From: an uncultured Gemmatimonadales bacterium | GTDB taxonomy: Bacteria; Gemmatimonadota; Gemmatimonadetes; Gemmatimonadales; GWC2-71-9 | Direction: 5' to 3' | Length of the DNA stretch: 40,956 nt | Assembly: GCA_963844035.1 (NCBI GenBank) | Contig: CAWJMT010000025.1 | Span: 1 to 40,956, forward strand | Shown here: piece by piece, positions 19,887 through 29,375 of the stretch | Position numbering within the stretch: the first letter of the stretch is position 1 | Layout of the letters: the number at the start of each line of letters is the position of its first letter | Made by a program: the position numbers and the translations under genes | The notes under the pieces: generated by a model | What the model saw: only the letters and a program-made list of their open reading frames with translations | The model's database searches: none | What the model was told of the DNA's origin: nothing

Positions 19887-21551
19887 GTGACGACCCAGGT
19901 GAAGTGCCCATCGTGCCGCGCCGACATTCCGACGGGCTCGGCGTTCTGCCCGGCCTGCGGCAGCCCCTCTCCCACCGTGATCTCGAGCGAGCGCGCGGTA
20001 CCCCCCCCGACGCCGGCTGAGGTCGTCGAGGCGCCGGCCGTGCGCCTCGCACGCGCCCTCGGTCCCAAGTACGAAGTAAAGCGACTGGTGGGCCGTGGCG
20101 GATTCGCGGAAGTCTTCGAGCTGTGGGACGTGGACCTCGACCGGCGCCTCGCCTGCAAGGTGCTTCATCCCGAGATCGCCTGGACGCCCGGAATGATCGC
20201 GCGCTTCCGCCAGGAAGCGAAGGCGCTTGCGCGGCTCCAGCATCCTTCCATCCTCGCCATTCACTTTACGGGGGATGGCGAAGGACTGGCCTACTACGTC
20301 ATGCCGTTCGTCGACGGTGAGTCGTTGGCCGACGCGCTGCGGCGGCGCGGAGTGATGTCGGCCGACGATTCCCTGAAAATTGCCGAGCCCATACTCCAGG
20401 CCCTGTCTCACGCGCACGCTCAGGGCCTGGTGCATCGGGACATCAAGCCCGACAACGTGATGCTGGAGGCGAAAACTGGCCGGGCGTTGCTCGTGGACTT
20501 CGGCATCGCGAAGCTGCTCGACACGAATGTCGGGGGTGGTGCCCAGACGGCGACGGGGTTCACGGTGGGCACGGTGCAGTACATGAGTCCGGAGCAGGCG
20601 CTGGGCCAGGCGAGCCTGGATGGGCGGAGCGACCTGTACGCTTTCGGCGCCATGCTGTTCCAGATGGTGACGGGCACGCCCCCCTACGATGGGAAGTCGA
20701 GCGCGGAGATCGTCGGCAAGCACCTTGCCGAGCCCGCCCCTGTCGCGAGCGATGTCAACGCAAAGATCCCCCGCTGGATATCCGACGTCATCCTGCGCTG
20801 TCTCGCCAAGAAACCGGAGGATCGCTTTCAGTCGGCAGACGAGGTGCTCGCCGCGCTCCAGGTGGGTCGCGCCGCTGGCTCCAGCCGGTTGGTCGGGGTC
20901 GCCACGGTGGAGCGGAAGGTGCATGCCGGGGGGCGCTCAAACCGCTGGCGCGACATGGGCTGGGTGGCGTTCGCGGCCCTGGTGATCGGCGGTGGGGCCG
21001 TGTGGTACGGCGGGCGCGAAGGCTACATCGGACGAAAGGTGGTATGGGCACGTAATTCCCTGGTAGAGCCGGTTGAGATCGTGCGGAATGGGGTTCCCAT
21101 GGATACGGTCGCACCCGGAGGCCAGGCCAAGGTGTGGACCGGCCGCCGGTCTCAGGCAGCGTTCGCTTGGCGGGTGCTGCGGCCTGGCAGTCCGCCGCTG
21201 GGCGAACCGGTGGAGGGCGAGATGCCGGTCGTCGGGCGGGAGGCGGGGAAACGCGCATGGCGCATCACGGCGGAGGTGCGCGGCCAGCGGTTCTTCGCTC
21301 CGCTCGTCACCAATACGACCTCGTCCGATATTGCCGTGGAGGTGAATGCGGGAAGCGCTGCCGCGGTGCCCTGCGCCTGTGTTGTGCCGCGGGGGGCAGT
21401 CCGGGCCCACATCGGATACTACCGCCTGTTCGCCAATTCGACGGTCGCCGCCTACAACGCCGCGCATCCGTACACCGGCCCTCACAGCGACCGCGGCGAC
21501 TTCGCCAGCCAGGTCGTGCCGGCGAGCGGGGCAATCGTCCTGACCTATTGA
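19887..21551 (+). CDS. Hanks-type Ser/Thr protein kinase with N-terminal zinc ribbon, TM and extracytoplasmic domain
   Basis: CPSC/CPAC; GRGGFAEV, ACK, HRDIKPDN, DFG, YMSPEQ, DLYAFG. Confidence 0.93.
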   Translation: MTTQVKCPSCRADIPTGSAFCPACGSPSPTVISSERAVPPPTPAEVVEAPAVRLARALGPKYEVKRLVGRGGFAEVFELWDVDLDRRLACKVLHPEIAWTPGMIARFRQEAKALARLQHPSILAIHFTGDGEGLAYYVMPFVDGESLADALRRRGVMSADDSLKIAEPILQALSHAHAQGLVHRDIKPDNVMLEAKTGRALLVDFGIAKLLDTNVGGGAQTATGFTVGTVQYMSPEQALGQASLDGRSDLYAFGAMLFQMVTGTPPYDGKSSAEIVGKHLAEPAPVASDVNAKIPRWISDVILRCLAKKPEDRFQSADEVLAALQVGRAAGSSRLVGVATVERKVHAGGRSNRWRDMGWVAFAALVIGGGAVWYGGREGYIGRKVVWARNSLVEPVEIVRNGVPMDTVAPGGQAKVWTGRRSQAAFAWRVLRPGSPPLGEPVEGEMPVVGREAGKRAWRITAEVRGQRFFAPLVTNTTSSDIAVEVNAGSAAAVPCACVVPRGAVRAHIGYYRLFANSTVAAYNAAHPYTGPHSDRGDFASQVVPASGAIVLTY

Positions 21552-21567
21552 CGGCGGGAACGGCTAC

Positions 21568-22086
21568 CTAGGATTTCGATCGCTTGGCGTACGGGGAGGT
21601 GCGCTGCAGCAGCACGTCGTCCCTCAAGTTGATGTAGAACCACCGTGCCTTACCGCGCCCGCGCCAGGTGAAGGCAGCCACACGCGGTCCGGTCTTCCAT
21701 TCCAACTTGGTCGGATAGGACCGCGCTGGGCCGAACCGGCGCAGCAGGTCTTCGCGGGTGCCGGCAAGCAGACGAGCGTCGCCGGAGTCGCCGAATGAAA
21801 CCATGGCGACCTTTCCTTCAATTATGTATCCGCTCAGATAGAACCGTGCCCCGTCGCTTGAGTCACGGATCATGGCGCCGCATTCCATGAGTTGCGCGGT
21901 ATTCGCCGAGGTCTTGCAGCGCAACGCATCGCCTGCGGCAAGTCGTCGTGCCCGCTCGGCGAAGCTGCGGTACGTCATCCCCGGGGTGAAGCCGCGGTAC
22001 ACCGGGGGCTTTGGCTGGGGTGGCGCTTGCTGGCCTGCGAGCGCGGCCGGCACGAGCAGCAACAGGATCCGTCCGATTTGGAACAT
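21568..22086 (-). CDS. hypothetical exported protein
   Basis: signal peptide; TATATT 6 nt before ATG (leaderless-type start). Confidence 0.65.
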   Translation of the reverse strand: MFQIGRILLLLVPAALAGQQAPPQPKPPVYRGFTPGMTYRSFAERARRLAAGDALRCKTSANTAQLMECGAMIRDSSDGARFYLSGYIIEGKVAMVSFGDSGDARLLAGTREDLLRRFGPARSYPTKLEWKTGPRVAAFTWRGRGKARWFYINLRDDVLLQRTSPYAKRSKS

Positions 22087-22105
22087 AGGGCCAATATAAG
22101 GTGGG

Positions 22106-22138
22106 AAAACAAAACGGGCCCGGTGCGCCCGGGCCCGT
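22106..22138 (-). terminator. intrinsic terminator of cspA
   Basis: 10-bp stem acgggcccgg/ccgggcccgt followed by U-rich tail on the minus strand. Confidence 0.8.
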
Positions 22139-22158
22139 CTCGCTAACGTGCTGAGCCT

Positions 22159-22359
22159 TCAGACCTTGCGAACGTTCTGCGCCTGCAACCCCTTGGGACC
22201 CTGGGCTACTTCGAACTCCACCGTGTCGCCTTCTGCGAGGCTGCGGAAGCCCTCGGCCTGAATTGCTGTGAAGTGGACGAACACGTCCGGACCCGACTCC
22301 TGCGCGATAAAGCCAAAGCCCTTCGCGTCGTTAAACCACTTCACCTTACCCTTTGCCAT
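22159..22359 (-). CDS. cspA: cold-shock protein (66 aa)
   Basis: [18 protein letters not shown]...DVFVHF RNP1/RNP2 motifs. Confidence 0.96.
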   Translation of the reverse strand: MAKGKVKWFNDAKGFGFIAQESGPDVFVHFTAIQAEGFRSLAEGDTVEFEVAQGPKGLQAQNVRKV

Positions 22360-22515
22360 ACTGTTCCGACCTCTGAGCGAGGGGCACTGCCCCGGGGAAG
22401 AACGGCTCTGGTCACCGCGGCCAGAGACGGGCTCAAACAAAAACCGCGAGACGAATGGTCCTCGCGGTGCGCAGACAAACCGGTGACGGTGCCACGTATG
22501 CTTGAACCGGGGCAA

Positions 22516-22544
22516 AAAGTAGGGGCCCCCCTTAGTCCTGTCAA
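22516..22544 (-). promoter_or_regulatory. sigma-70 promoter of cspA, implying a ~150-nt 5' UTR
   Basis: TTGACA-17 nt-TACTTT on the minus strand. Confidence 0.75.
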
Positions 22545-22665
22545 TGTCGATTGCACTCACGTCGCGAGCCCCTTTGCTGAGTTTTGGGGCTTCTCGTAAC
22601 CCGAAAAAACGTCACCCGAGATATGGCGACAGCTTCAAGCCAGTATTGCAACACCGCTGAGTCGG

Positions 22666-23238
22666 TCAGCGGTTTGGCAATGCGACAGCAGCGCGAAAGT
22701 CCTTCAACGCCGCATCGTAGCCCTTGAGACGCGTCACCAGGCTTGCCACCGTGCTGTCGGGCTGGCGGGCTGCGTTCGCCTGGCAGTTAGGCGCGGCCTT
22801 GATCAGACTGTCGACCTGCTGGGTGAGCCGCTTCGCCTTGATCCCGGTCGAGTCCGCATACGCGGTGGGCTTCATCTTGGGCCGACCGCTCGACATGAAA
22901 TTGCGGGCCGTGCCGCACAGGCCCGCCAGGCGCTGCGCCGCCTGTTTCAATCGAACCGAGTCGCCGTGCGAGCTGCTCACGCGCTTCACGGCATCGGTCA
23001 ACTGAGCCACGCCCCGCCCCACGGAGCGCAGCCCCTGGATGTACTGCTGCTGCTCCAGGGTTGGCGGCGGTGGTGGTGGCGGCGTTGACTCGACGCGGGC
23101 CGAGTCGACGATGGGCGGCACGGGCGGCAATGCTGGCGGAGTCGATTCAGGATGCATCGAGTCGGGCAGCGGCGGCACCGGTTGCTGCGCCGCCGCGACG
23201 GTTGCGAACAGGCACAGAACCAGGGTAAAACCACGCAT
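22666..23238 (-). CDS. exported helical protein with Pro-rich linker and two mature-region Cys
   Basis: GGAG then ATG; signal peptide ending AAA-Q; poly-Pro then amphipathic helices. Confidence 0.75.
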   Translation of the reverse strand: MRGFTLVLCLFATVAAAQQPVPPLPDSMHPESTPPALPPVPPIVDSARVESTPPPPPPPTLEQQQYIQGLRSVGRGVAQLTDAVKRVSSSHGDSVRLKQAAQRLAGLCGTARNFMSSGRPKMKPTAYADSTGIKAKRLTQQVDSLIKAAPNCQANAARQPDSTVASLVTRLKGYDAALKDFRAAVALPNR

Positions 23239-23284
23239 TGAGGCTCCTCTGTATGACGGTTCTGCTGTGGGTTATAATCCCACT

Positions 23285-23905
23285 ATGACGGTTCCCGCAA
23301 CCTCACGCCAGACTCGCACGTTCGAGGACAGGGCCGACGCGCTCGCCCATTTCTTCCTTCGTGCCGGCGCGGCACCCCGGCTGCTCGCGTACGACGACGT
23401 GGCGGGGTGTCCCCTCGATCAGGGCCTGGCCGTGATCGAATGGACCGCGGCAGTCGGGATCCTCGCCGAAGACGACTTGATCCACGCGGCTCGCCTGAGC
23501 CCCGATGCCGCCGCCGCCGTGGTGGAGCGCAAGGAGGGCGACGAGCGGGTATTCATCTATTTCGGACCCCGCATGGACGCGCCCCCCGCGGACCCGTATG
23601 AAAGCACCTTGTTGTATGATCAACCGGGAGTGCGGGCGTACATCTTTGCCCATCGCGTGCACGCGATTGCGCACTTCCTGCGCGCGACGCAGGGGAGCGG
23701 GACTCTCGTCGCGATGCTCAGCCGACGGGCGCCGGAGTTGCGACACATCCGCCGGTGGCTGCGCGCGCTATTCGGCGAGCCGGCAGATCCGCACTCGACG
23801 CAGCTCCTGGCTGGCTGGTTTGCTGCGGGCGGTGCCGGGTACCTCTTTCTGTCCCCGAACTCCGACGAGCCGTACCGCTACGATGAAGTCGGCATAGACA
23901 GCTGA
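23285..23905 (+). CDS. hypothetical protein with internal duplication
   Basis: TATAAT (23273-23278) 6 nt before ATG 23285; FEDRADALAHFF and FAHRVHAIAHFL repeats. Confidence 0.75.
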   Translation: MTVPATSRQTRTFEDRADALAHFFLRAGAAPRLLAYDDVAGCPLDQGLAVIEWTAAVGILAEDDLIHAARLSPDAAAAVVERKEGDERVFIYFGPRMDAPPADPYESTLLYDQPGVRAYIFAHRVHAIAHFLRATQGSGTLVAMLSRRAPELRHIRRWLRALFGEPADPHSTQLLAGWFAAGGAGYLFLSPNSDEPYRYDEVGIDS

Positions 23906-23906
23906 G

Positions 23907-24359
23907 ATGGCGGCGGAGCTCCTGCTTTTCTGGGCGGTGTTCATCGCTCAGGCGCCCGACACGGCGGCGCTCAATCGGCAAAACGCAGCGATCCGGCGGG
24001 TCACCGACTCGCTGACCGTCCTGGAAGGGGCGGCCGCCATGTTTCAAGCCGATCTCGTCCACGCTTCCCCCGACCTCGTCATCTCGCGCGCGACGCGGCT
24101 CAGACAGCACTGCAGCGGCGCGCACCACGAAACCACACGCCTCGACTCGGTTCCGGCGCTCGCGGCGCAGTTGCGTCGCGAGCTTGCCGCACTCCGCACG
24201 GAGCTCGCGCGCTGTGACCGCGAGTTCACCACCGGCCCCTGGTACCAACACGTCGATTCCGTGAAGGCATGGGCGCCCTATCGACTTGCCCGCCTGAGTG
24301 ACGCGGTACGCAGCTTTCGACTCGCGGCGCGAGCCTCGACTGCGGCGCCGAAACACTGA
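23907..24359 (+). CDS. exported helical protein with two Cys
   Basis: short hydrophobic N-terminus ending AQA; starts 1 nt after the upstream stop. Confidence 0.7.
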   Translation: MAAELLLFWAVFIAQAPDTAALNRQNAAIRRVTDSLTVLEGAAAMFQADLVHASPDLVISRATRLRQHCSGAHHETTRLDSVPALAAQLRRELAALRTELARCDREFTTGPWYQHVDSVKAWAPYRLARLSDAVRSFRLAARASTAAPKH

Positions 24360-24495
24360 CGGGGAAAAAGGGTGGACGATGTGGAGTTGAGTATCCACAT
24401 CGTGTGGACGGTCCCTGCAATGAGCAGCGGGAACGCGCGTTAGCATCCACAGCCGATGCACACGCAAATGAGCTAACCCGAAGAAACATCGGCAC

Positions 24496-24523
24496 TTGCG
24501 CGCTTGGAAGTGGGCCCTATATT
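24496..24523 (+). promoter_or_regulatory. putative sigma-70 promoter
   Basis: TTGCGC-16 nt-TATATT; same TATATTggcc context as the promoter of 21568..22086. Confidence 0.55.
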
Positions 24524-24529
24524 GGCCTC

Positions 24530-24913
24530 ACGCACTTTGAAGGGAAGGGTTGAGACCTCGCGTCTTGGCCACGCCTGCAAGGTGGGTCCGAGCGGAAATT
24601 CCGGGGAGGCCGCCGATGCAACAAGGGCTCAGGCGGTCGGCGATCCGGGAGCGGCTCTCCGGCTTGGATAGTTGGGGCCAGTCGCGTGCCCCATCCTCGC
24701 CGACTCGGTGCCTCGGCGAGCAGTGCGGAAGGTCGGTCCGCGACCCGATCTGACCCGTAGCACCCACGCTGGTGAACCTTGCGGCCCGGCCAGGCTGCTT
24801 GGGGATGGAAACCGGAGCTCCTGTACACCCTACCGAGCGACGCATCAGTCAACCGGCGGTGGCAGGATGAAGAACGGAGGGAGCAATCCCCCGGCTCCGG
24901 GTAACCGGTGTGC
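24530..24913 (+). ncRNA. candidate large structured non-coding RNA, family not recognised
   Basis: lies between a promoter and a terminator; no credible ORF; many stems, GNRA-capped hairpins and long-range 5'/3' pairing. Confidence 0.55.
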
Positions 24914-24953
24914 AAAGCCCCCGGGCGGCGATCCTGCCGTCCCGGGGGCTTTG
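24913..24953. terminator. bidirectional terminator (candidate RNA / kup)
   Basis: caaagcccccggg-cggc ... gccg-t-cccgggggctttg stem. Confidence 0.8.
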
Positions 24954-24968
24954 GCTTGGGTAGCGCCT

Positions 24969-26859
24969 CTACAGCTCGACCTGCGCTCCTACCTCGAAGA
25001 CCTGTTCTGGCGGCAGCTGAAAGTATGCTGTTGCGCGCAGCGCGTTGCGGGACATGAAGCTGAACAGGTGCTCGCGCCAGATCGCCATCCCGGGCCGGTC
25101 ACTCGCGAGCAGTGTCTCGCGCCCCAGGAAGAACGTCGTCCCCGCGATGGGGATGTCGAGCCCTTTCGGTCTGCAGCCCTCCAGGATCTCCTCGATCTGC
25201 GGGTCCTCCATGAACCCGTAGTGGGCCGTCACACGGTTGAACCCCTTGCCGAGGCGGCGTACCTCGATCCGGTCGGCCGGCGCGACATGCGGCACGTCGC
25301 GCGTGATCACCGTGAGGAACACCACCTTTTCGTGCACCACCTTGTTATGGGCCAGGTTGTGGACGAACGGTGGCGGCGTCCCGTCGGCGCTGCCGTACAT
25401 GAAGACGGCGGTGCCGGGCACCCGCACCGGCGGCTCAGCGGCAAGATCGGCGAGCAGCATCTTCAATGGGACGGACTTCTCGAGCATGCGTCGCGCCAGA
25501 ATCTCGCGGCCTTGCTTCCACGTGGTGAGCAACAGATAGATCGCCGCGCTCAGGACCAACGGGAACCAGCCGCCGTGCGGGATCTTCAGGGCGTTGGCAC
25601 CCAGGAACGCGAAGATCGATGATGAGAAATACGCCGGACACGAGGGCGGCCCGCGGGAAACTCCACCCCCAGACATCGCGGCTCATCACGAAGAACATCA
25701 TGGTGGTGATGACCATCAGGGTGGATAGGGCGACCCCGTACGCGCCCGCGATGTTGCTCGAGGTGCGGAAGCCGAGCACGATGAGGCACGTCAGCAGCAT
25801 CAGACCCCAGTTGACCGCCGGAACGTAGATCTGTCCCATTTCGCGCGACGAGGTGTGCTCGATCCGCATACGCGGGCTGTAGCCGAGCTGGATCGCTTGG
25901 CGGGTCAGGGAGAACGCCCCTGTGATGACCGCCTGCGACGCGATGATCGTGGCGGCAGTGGCGAGTGCGATCACAGGGTACAGGGACCACGCTGGCGCGA
26001 GGTGGTAGAAGGGATTCGCGGCGCTCTCGGGCTCCTTCAAGAGGAGCGCGCCCTGGCCGAAGTAGTTGAGGAGCAGGGACGGGAAGGGCACCGTGAACCA
26101 GGCGAGCTGGATCGCCCGATGGCCGAAGTGGCCGAGATCGGCGTACAGCGTTTCCCCGCCGGTGACGGCCAGAAACACGGCGCCCAGCACCAGGAAGCCG
26201 CGCTGCACATCCTCCGCGAAGAACCGCACGGCGTGATGTGGCGAGAGGGCGGCGAGTACTCCCGGCTCGCGGAGAATCCCACCCACGCCGAGCGCTGCGA
26301 TCGCCGCGAACCAGAGGAACGTGACCGGTCCGAACACGACGCCGATACCGGCAGTGCCCCGGCTCTGGACGAGGAACAGGCCGACGAGGATCACGAGCGT
26401 GAGCGGGACGATCCAGTCGGCGAACGCGGGCGTGGCGACCTCGAGGCCCTCGACCGCGCTGAGCACCGAGATCGCCGGAGTGAGGGCGCCGTCGGCGTAC
26501 ATGAGCGCGGCCCCAAAAATCCCGAGGTACACGATCACCCGGCGCGGCGACAGACCGCGCGCCAATCGGCTCCCCTGCACGAGCGCCATGAGGGCGAGCA
26601 CCCCGCCCTCTCCCTTGTTGTCGGCGCGGATGATGACGACGTGGTACTTGATCGTCACCACGAGCACGAGCGACCAGACGATCAACGAGAGGACGCCCAG
26701 GACGTTCCCGGGAGTCACGGGGATGGCGTGCGGTCCGTGAAACGCCTCCCGCACCGCATACAGCGGGCTGGTACCGATGTCCCCGTAGACGATACCGAGG
26801 GCGGTGAGGGCGAGGAGCGCGAGGTAACGTCCAGTCGGCTGTTCGGCGGGGCGTTTCAT
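24969..26859 (-). CDS. kup: KUP/HAK/KT potassium transporter (frameshift near 25617)
   Basis: GIVYGDIGTSPLYA, ADNKGEGG, YADLGHFG, GQIYVP, KIPHGGW, YGFME, FFLGRET. Confidence 0.95.
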
Positions 26860-26969
26860 CTCAGCCTGTGATCACTCCCATGGGTCGTGTTTTCCGCATT
26901 CGGGATGGTCTCTAAATAATCGTCGCACACCTGACCGCCTAGTGGTGTGGGGCACCGAGCGATCAGGCC

Positions 26970-28359
26970 CTATCGCGTCTCCGGTCGCCTGAGGTGGGGA
27001 AGATCGGTCTCGAGCTCGTGCGCCTTGTGAAAGGGCATTCGCGGCGGACGGATCGGAAGCAGGTGTGCGATCGAATTCGCGTAGTACTCGAGCAGCGGGC
27101 GCCCGTGCGGCATCACGACCAGGCTGTCGCCGTCCTCCACGACCAGACGGCGCAGCTTGAGCATCCGCCAGGCGCGGTCCCAAATGTCGGCAATCCCGGC
27201 GCCTCCACGCACGACCTTGGCGTTGACGTCGCGCAGTCGATCGCGCAGCTCGTCCATGCGTTCGAGCAGCGCGGTGCGGGGCACCGCCGTCTGCCCAAAC
27301 GAGAGGAGAGCACACGCCGCCAGAGGCACCGGCGTGACCGGAACGATGGCGCCGATGCGGTCCATCATCTCCCGGCCGAGGCGCTCGAGCTCCGGAAGGC
27401 GCCGCTCCTTGGGCCAATTGAGCACTCCTGCCGGCGCTGTTCCGAGCCAGTCGCGCACGGAACGCGGCGTGCCGAAGTTCACGGCGACCCGGCCATACCG
27501 CTTCAATCGCCCTGTCAGGAGGCGGCCCACGTTGCGTGTGATGTAGCGGCCCACCGAGACGAGCTGGGACAGCCGGCCCGGACGCCGTCCCCCGTCGACC
27601 AGCTCGCGGATGAGCGAGCGGTCCTCGAGCACGCGGTCGTAGTTGATGGCGACCGGTACGAGCCATATGTCGCGCGTGAAGGCCGGATCGCCGATCGTGC
27701 GGCAGATGTAGTCGAGCAGCCCGAGCTTCGGGGGCCGCAGGCGGCCGTCGCGCGTGAGCCCCCCTTCCGGGAAGATTCCTTGCGTCACACCGCTGCGCGT
27801 GATGAGCTGCACGTAGCGTTCGAGCACAGCGTGGTACAGGGGCTCGCGGAACTGGCGCCGGATGAAGTAGGCGCCGAAGGACTTGAATACGTATTCGAGG
27901 GGCCACGCCCTCGCCCATTCCCCGACTGCGTAGCTCACGTGGACGCCGTACGCCGAGTACGTACGCCAGCACGACGTAGTCGGCGTTCGAGCGGTGGTTC
28001 ATGAGGTACACCACGACGTCGCGCCGGGGGATGCGAGCGAGCGACGCTTCGTCCTGGTAGTCGACGCTCATCTTGTACAACAGGTTCACGAATATCTTGG
28101 CGACGTTGTAGCCGATCTTGTAGTAGGACAGGATGCTGAAGTGCGGGACGATCTCGGCGATGTAGGCGTCGACGCGGCGTCGCACTTCGGCCTCCGGCAG
28201 CCCGGCCGTGCGCGCATGCTCCGCGATCGCCGCGTTGACCACGGGATCCTGGTGCAGTGCCTGGTGCGTATGGCCGCGCTGCTGCAGCTGGTAGCGGGCC
28301 AGCCGCGCGCGGAATTCGTGGAGGGTGCGGAGGGCCCGGCGGCGGAGCCACCCGTTCAT
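26970..28359 (-). CDS. glycerol-3-phosphate acyltransferase family protein, PlsB/PlsC-type (frameshift near 27945)
   Basis: NHRSNADY (HX4D), GAYFIRR, FPEGG, PVAINYD. Confidence 0.88.
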
Positions 28360-29375
28360 GAAGGAGCGCCTTCCTCGCGCTTACGCTGGGCGTAGCCCAT
28401 CCCCTTCAGAATCGCAATGCGCTTCGCCATGGGCGGGTGAGTCGCCAGGACGTCGGCGAGCATCCCCTCCCGATTGGTGACGCGGCGGCCCAGCGGATCC
28501 GCGATGCACATGTGGGCGGCGCCGCTCTTGATTCGGCTGGTCGGGGCGCCGGCCCCCTCGATCTTTTCGAGCGCCCGCGCCAGTGCGAGCGGGTTGCGGG
28601 TGAACTGCGCCGCCATGGCGTCGGCCAGGTACTCCCGCTTGCGGCTCACCCCCATGGCGAGGAGCTGCGTGACGAGAGGGGCGAGCAGCCAGGACAGGAT
28701 CCACACGACGAGCAGGATGACGACGGCCGGGCCGGGGCTGCTGCGGCGGTTGTCGCGGTCGCCCATGCCTCGCCCGCCGAGAAACATCCGGCTGGTGCCG
28801 TTGCGGATCAGCAGGACGGCGCCAACCAGGGCGGCGAGCGTCGTCATGAGCCGGACGTCGAGATTCTTGATGTGCCCGAGCTCGTGGCCGATCACCGCCT
28901 GAAGCTCTTCGCGATTGCACAGATCGAGCAATCCGCGCGTGACGGCGACGTGGCCGTGCTGGGGATCGTTCCCGGTGGCGAAGGCATTGGGATCGGCATC
29001 GGGCACCAGCCAGATCCGCGGTCGCGGCACGCCGGCGGCGATGGCCATTTCCTCGACGACGTTCACGAGCTGCCGCGTCGCTTCGTCGGTTGGCGCGGTG
29101 ACCTCCACGGCGCCGGTGGCCCACAGCACCTTTTCCGCTCCGGTCCGGTAGGCGTGCCACGCCAGGCCGATCCCGAGCCCCAGCATGACGACGCCGAACC
29201 ACCAGGTATCGTGTCGCTGCGCGGGCGGGGCGTGCGCGGTGGAAAGGGAGTAGATGTAGTCTCCGCCGAACCCCAGCCAGGCGAAGAACAACACGAAGCA
29301 GACGATCAACCAGACGGTGCGCCGGCGATTCGCGTCCTGCTGTTGAAAGAGGTTGAGCGAACCCTCGTCGCTCAC
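28356..29375 (-). CDS. htpX: M48 family zinc metalloprotease, HtpX-like
   Basis: PNAFATG, HELGH, SRKREYLAD, THPP; downstream of lemA. Confidence 0.85.
   Translation of the reverse strand: MSDEGSLNLFQQQDANRRRTVWLIVCFVLFFAWLGFGGDYIYSLSTAHAPPAQRHDTWWFGVVMLGLGIGLAWHAYRTGAEKVLWATGAVEVTAPTDEATRQLVNVVEEMAIAAGVPRPRIWLVPDADPNAFATGNDPQHGHVAVTRGLLDLCNREELQAVIGHELGHIKNLDVRLMTTLAALVGAVLLIRNGTSRMFLGGRGMGDRDNRRSSPGPAVVILLVVWILSWLLAPLVTQLLAMGVSRKREYLADAMAAQFTRNPLALARALEKIEGAGAPTSRIKSGAAHMCIADPLGRRVTNREGMLADVLATHPPMAKRIAILKGMGYAQRKREEGAPS

Noticed and set aside
24361..24470. Replication origin
   Set aside because: Boxes are degenerate, with no AT-rich unwinding element and no dnaA/dnaN nearby
24530..24913. 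tmRNA, RNase P, SRP, group II intron, or cobalamin/c-di-AMP riboswitch identity for the structured region
   Set aside because: No tRNA-like ends, no GAGGAAAGUCC, no domain V, no complete riboswitch core, and it lies downstream of kup rather than upstream of a gene
26860..26969. c-di-AMP (ydaO) riboswitch upstream of kup
   Set aside because: Gap is only ~110 nt and lacks the conserved ydaO motifs
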